From positions 1 to 64,000 of the forward strand of contig JBLICC010000001.1 of assembly GCA_047631715.1 (NCBI GenBank): DNA of 64,000 nt. The letters are read 5' to 3'. The first letter of the stretch is position 1. The number at the start of each line of letters is the position of its first letter. A program made the position numbers and the translations under genes. Source of the DNA: Alteromonas naphthalenivorans (GTDB taxonomy: Bacteria; Babelota; Babeliae; Babelales; CAIQNR01). This document shows positions 61,324 to 64,000 of the stretch, one piece after another. A model generated the notes under the pieces. The model was given only the letters and a program-made list of their open reading frames with translations, was not told the origin of the DNA and did no database searches.

Positions 61324-62523
61324 TTATTCTATAACAACGCTGATATTAGATTTATTAGATGCCGAAGCAAGACTTGCTAATTGATCAGCTGATGCTTCTG
61401 TCTCGTCTATAGGAGTACTTACAGTTCTTACATAATTTTGTTTAGTAAAAGGGGTTGTTTTATCAAAATTTAAATATGCAGTGTTTTGAATATACAAATT
61501 TGTTTGACTACCAAGTGCTTCATCATCATGAAAACCAAATTCATTACGAATAGCTGTGTTGCCTTCAACAGTTGTTTTATTTGCAGATTCTAGGCGTAAA
61601 CCGTATGAATCTTTTGCAGCTAAATCTGCTTTATTGCTTGTCATAGTGCAATCTTTTACATGTACTAAATCGCATTGATACAAGTGAATGCCCATACCGT
61701 CAGCATTACTGGATATGTTATTGTTACAGGTGCAATTGGTAATAGTATTGCTAAAGGTATCATCGCCTGCTTCTGTAATATAAATGCCAACTGCATCGAG
61801 ATATCCTTTGTTGTTATTGCAAATACAGTTGGTTAGTGAGCTTGCTGTACAGCTGGTTAAGTTGATACCGTATGAAGTTGCGTTGGTGATAGTAGTAATA
61901 TTACGTAGGGCGGAGCTGTCTTTAATTGATACACTTTCTGAATTTCCAAAATAAATACCATGAACATGGGTAGTGGCTGTTGTATTACGTACGTTTAAGT
62001 TGTATAAGTCTGCATGATGAACGTATGTTCCTATAACACCACCATTTGTGTTAGAAACTACATTAACATTTTCTATTTTAAGATTGGTAACTTCGTTTCC
62101 TAATGTTCCTTCAACGTAAATTCCATAGTTTTTAAACCCCATAATGGTGCCATCTTTGATGGTCACATTCTTTACGCCAGCTTTAATATAAATACCATAG
62201 GGTGTTCCAGTTACCGCACTGTTGCACCATAAAATCTGATTGTTAAGATCGATTGTAATATTGTCTTTATCAATACAAATGGCCGCAGCTGCAGTGTCAC
62301 TTGTTTTGTATTCAATGCTTATAACAGCTAAGTGAACACCAGATTGAGCAGTGGGAGTAAGGTTTTGTAGTGTGGCAAAAGGATATTGGTATTCTTCTGT
62401 GATAGCTGCAATGCTGAGTCCAACGCCGGGGCCATAAAGAGTGGCGCCAGGAGCAGATTGTGCATTACTGAGTGTTGGAATCAAGATAGTGAGTGCGAGT
62501 AGTATATGTTGTATTTTTTTCAT
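61324..62523 (-). CDS. Secreted right-handed beta-helix protein
   Basis: Signal peptide MKKIQHILL after GAGG; NITIDLNNQIL..NVTIKDGTI.GF; ORF track starts at 62547. Confidence 0.83.
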   Translation of the reverse strand: MKKIQHILLALTILIPTLSNAQSAPGATLYGPGVGLSIAAITEEYQYPFATLQNLTPTAQSGVHLAVISIEYKTSDTAAAAICIDKDNITIDLNNQILWCNSAVTGTPYGIYIKAGVKNVTIKDGTIMGFKNYGIYVEGTLGNEVTNLKIENVNVVSNTNGGVIGTYVHHADLYNLNVRNTTATTHVHGIYFGNSESVSIKDSSALRNITTITNATSYGINLTSCTASSLTNCICNNNKGYLDAVGIYITEAGDDTFSNTITNCTCNNNISSNADGMGIHLYQCDLVHVKDCTMTSNKADLAAKDSYGLRLESANKTTVEGNTAIRNEFGFHDDEALGSQTNLYIQNTAYLNFDKTTPFTKQNYVRTVSTPIDETEASADQLASLASASNKSNISVVIE

Positions 62524-62543
62524 TCTTTGTTCCTCTTTATAAA

Positions 62544-64000
62544 TCATCCTATAACCTCTAGGCTTACGTTTTGATACGGATTAATACCGGTTAAACTACC
62601 CATGCTACCTTGGTTAACGGTGGTTGTTATATTAAATTCTCCAGGGTTATAATCGAGATGGAAGTTTTGAGCTGTGTTTGGAGCAACTTCATCACCATTG
62701 TTAAAGAAGAAGCACCGTGTTACAAGAGCAGAACTGTTAGCACCTTTGTTGTCTAGTAGTCCAATACCTTGGTTTTGAGTTGCAGATCTATTGTGTGTAA
62801 TGCTGCAGTTGTCGATAACGCATCTATCGGTATTGTATAAATTTATGCCAATTCCCCAAGCTGCGTTCGAGTTACTATTTTGATTTCGAGAAATACAATT
62901 TTGAATAATAGAATGCGTTTCTGTTTGCAGATCAAACCCAATACATTCGGCAGCAGTTATAGCGCTTAATGAAATTTGAGATCCTATTGCCTCGCATTCA
63001 TCCCAAATGTTGCCTTCTCCACTGATAGAATAGAAACTTCTTCCGCCTCCACCGGCAATATTGGCTGCACTACCTGCATTGTTATAAGAACTTTCGCATT
63101 TAGTTGTTTTACAGTATTTTGCTGTGTTTAAAGCAAATCCATATCCAACTGCATTACCTTGATTTGCATTAGCGGTACAATTTTCCCATAAACAACCATT
63201 TACGCTTACGGCTGCAAATCCTTGACCAAATCGATCACCTGTTGTACCTGCTCCCCAGTTTCCATTTGCGGTACAATTAATAAACGAACAAGCACTAGAA
63301 TTAGTTTCTACTGTAAATCCAGCTCCTGATTTTCCATGATTACCAGAAGCATCACAGTTGGTAAATACTACGTTGGTACAACTTGTAATGAGAGCACCGT
63401 ATGCATCAACGGTTTGTACTGTTCCTGTATCGCAACGATTAAAAGCAGAATCATTAACTAAGATATTAATGCAATTATCCATGCGAAGACCTACGGCATC
63501 GGTTCCAGTAAGTCCTTTTGATCGACCAACCATTGAGTTTTCTATAATACAGTTGGTGATCATATTTTGTGTGGTTGCATTGGCATCTGCATCACCGTCA
63601 AGATAAATGCCGTTTTTTACGCATTGTGTAATAGTTAGATTTTGCATACGAACATCATCACAATTGGTTCTTACTAATATACCAGTGTCTTGAAAACCAG
63701 TAATGTTACCGTTTCGTACCACAACGTTGTATTTTGAAGGTGCAATAATAATGCCTGTTTGATTAGAAGTTAAAGTTGCACCACTGTTATTGTAGAGTGT
63801 GTAGTTTCCTAAATCGATAACAACATCGCTAGAATCAACATAAATAGCACAAGCACTCACAACAGGATCAGCGTCAAGATTGGCAGTGAGTGAAGTATTG
63901 CGGCCTTGATAGCCAATGTTTTCGGTAAGGTAGTAACTACCCGGGGTAGTAATAGAAAAGGTGGTAATCAGATCAACTTGGCCTTTTGCTCTAAAGTTGT
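62544..64000 (-). CDS. Right-handed beta-helix protein, 5'-partial (frame open to the window end)
   Basis: Frame continues past 63860 (..FSITTPGSYYLTENIG..), VVIDLGNYTL, beta-helix repeats. Confidence 0.85.
   Translation of the reverse strand, partial: NFRAKGQVDLITTFSITTPGSYYLTENIGYQGRNTSLTANLDADPVVSACAIYVDSSDVVIDLGNYTLYNNSGATLTSNQTGIIIAPSKYNVVVRNGNITGFQDTGILVRTNCDDVRMQNLTITQCVKNGIYLDGDADANATTQNMITNCIIENSMVGRSKGLTGTDAVGLRMDNCINILVNDSAFNRCDTGTVQTVDAYGALITSCTNVVFTNCDASGNHGKSGAGFTVETNSSACSFINCTANGNWGAGTTGDRFGQGFAAVSVNGCLWENCTANANQGNAVGYGFALNTAKYCKTTKCESSYNNAGSAANIAGGGGRSFYSISGEGNIWDECEAIGSQISLSAITAAECIGFDLQTETHSIIQNCISRNQNSNSNAAWGIGINLYNTDRCVIDNCSITHNRSATQNQGIGLLDNKGANSSALVTRCFFFNNGDEVAPNTAQNFHLDYNPGEFNITTTVNQGSMGSLTGINPYQNVSLEVIG

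Noticed and set aside
4903..63606. Numerous 60-190 aa ORFs overlapping well-supported genes on the opposite strand or in another frame (e.g. 4903..5262, 24100..24519, 33247..33597, 59695..60255)
   Set aside because: Overlap conserved genes and have no recognisable motifs
51422..64000. Chlamydial Pmp-like autotransporters
   Set aside because: No C-terminal autotransporter barrel and no regular GGA(I/L/V)/FxxN repeats

Overview
AT-rich bacterial chromosome segment. Gene content (many short MKKLLL-type signal-peptide proteins, eukaryote-like effector domains, nucleoside and amino-acid importers) suggests an intracellular protist parasite, most like Candidatus Babeliae/Dependentiae (TM6); this is an inference. 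Housekeeping genes (gatCA, dusB, mreC, sppA, rpmE-prfA, nupC, ahpC, brnQ, ppsA, galU, pheS, dnaE, four tRNAs) are interspersed with accessory secreted genes. Highlights: (1) a tandem array of secreted Skp1-like + 24-aa LRR fusion proteins with hypervariable binding faces; (2) an operon-like locus of more than 18 kb with at least six secreted beta-helix paralogs, a probable outer-membrane beta-barrel and two signal-peptide-bearing phage/virus-structural-like proteins; (3) divergent CVNH-like and MVL-like lectin genes flanking a roughly 170-nt G.U-rich rod hairpin with a cUACGg loop and an anti-SD bulge; (4) an unannotated Val/Ile/Met-rich leader ORF upstream of brnQ; (5) a putative secreted ADP-ribosyltransferase; (6) a dispersed REP-like palindromic repeat family.
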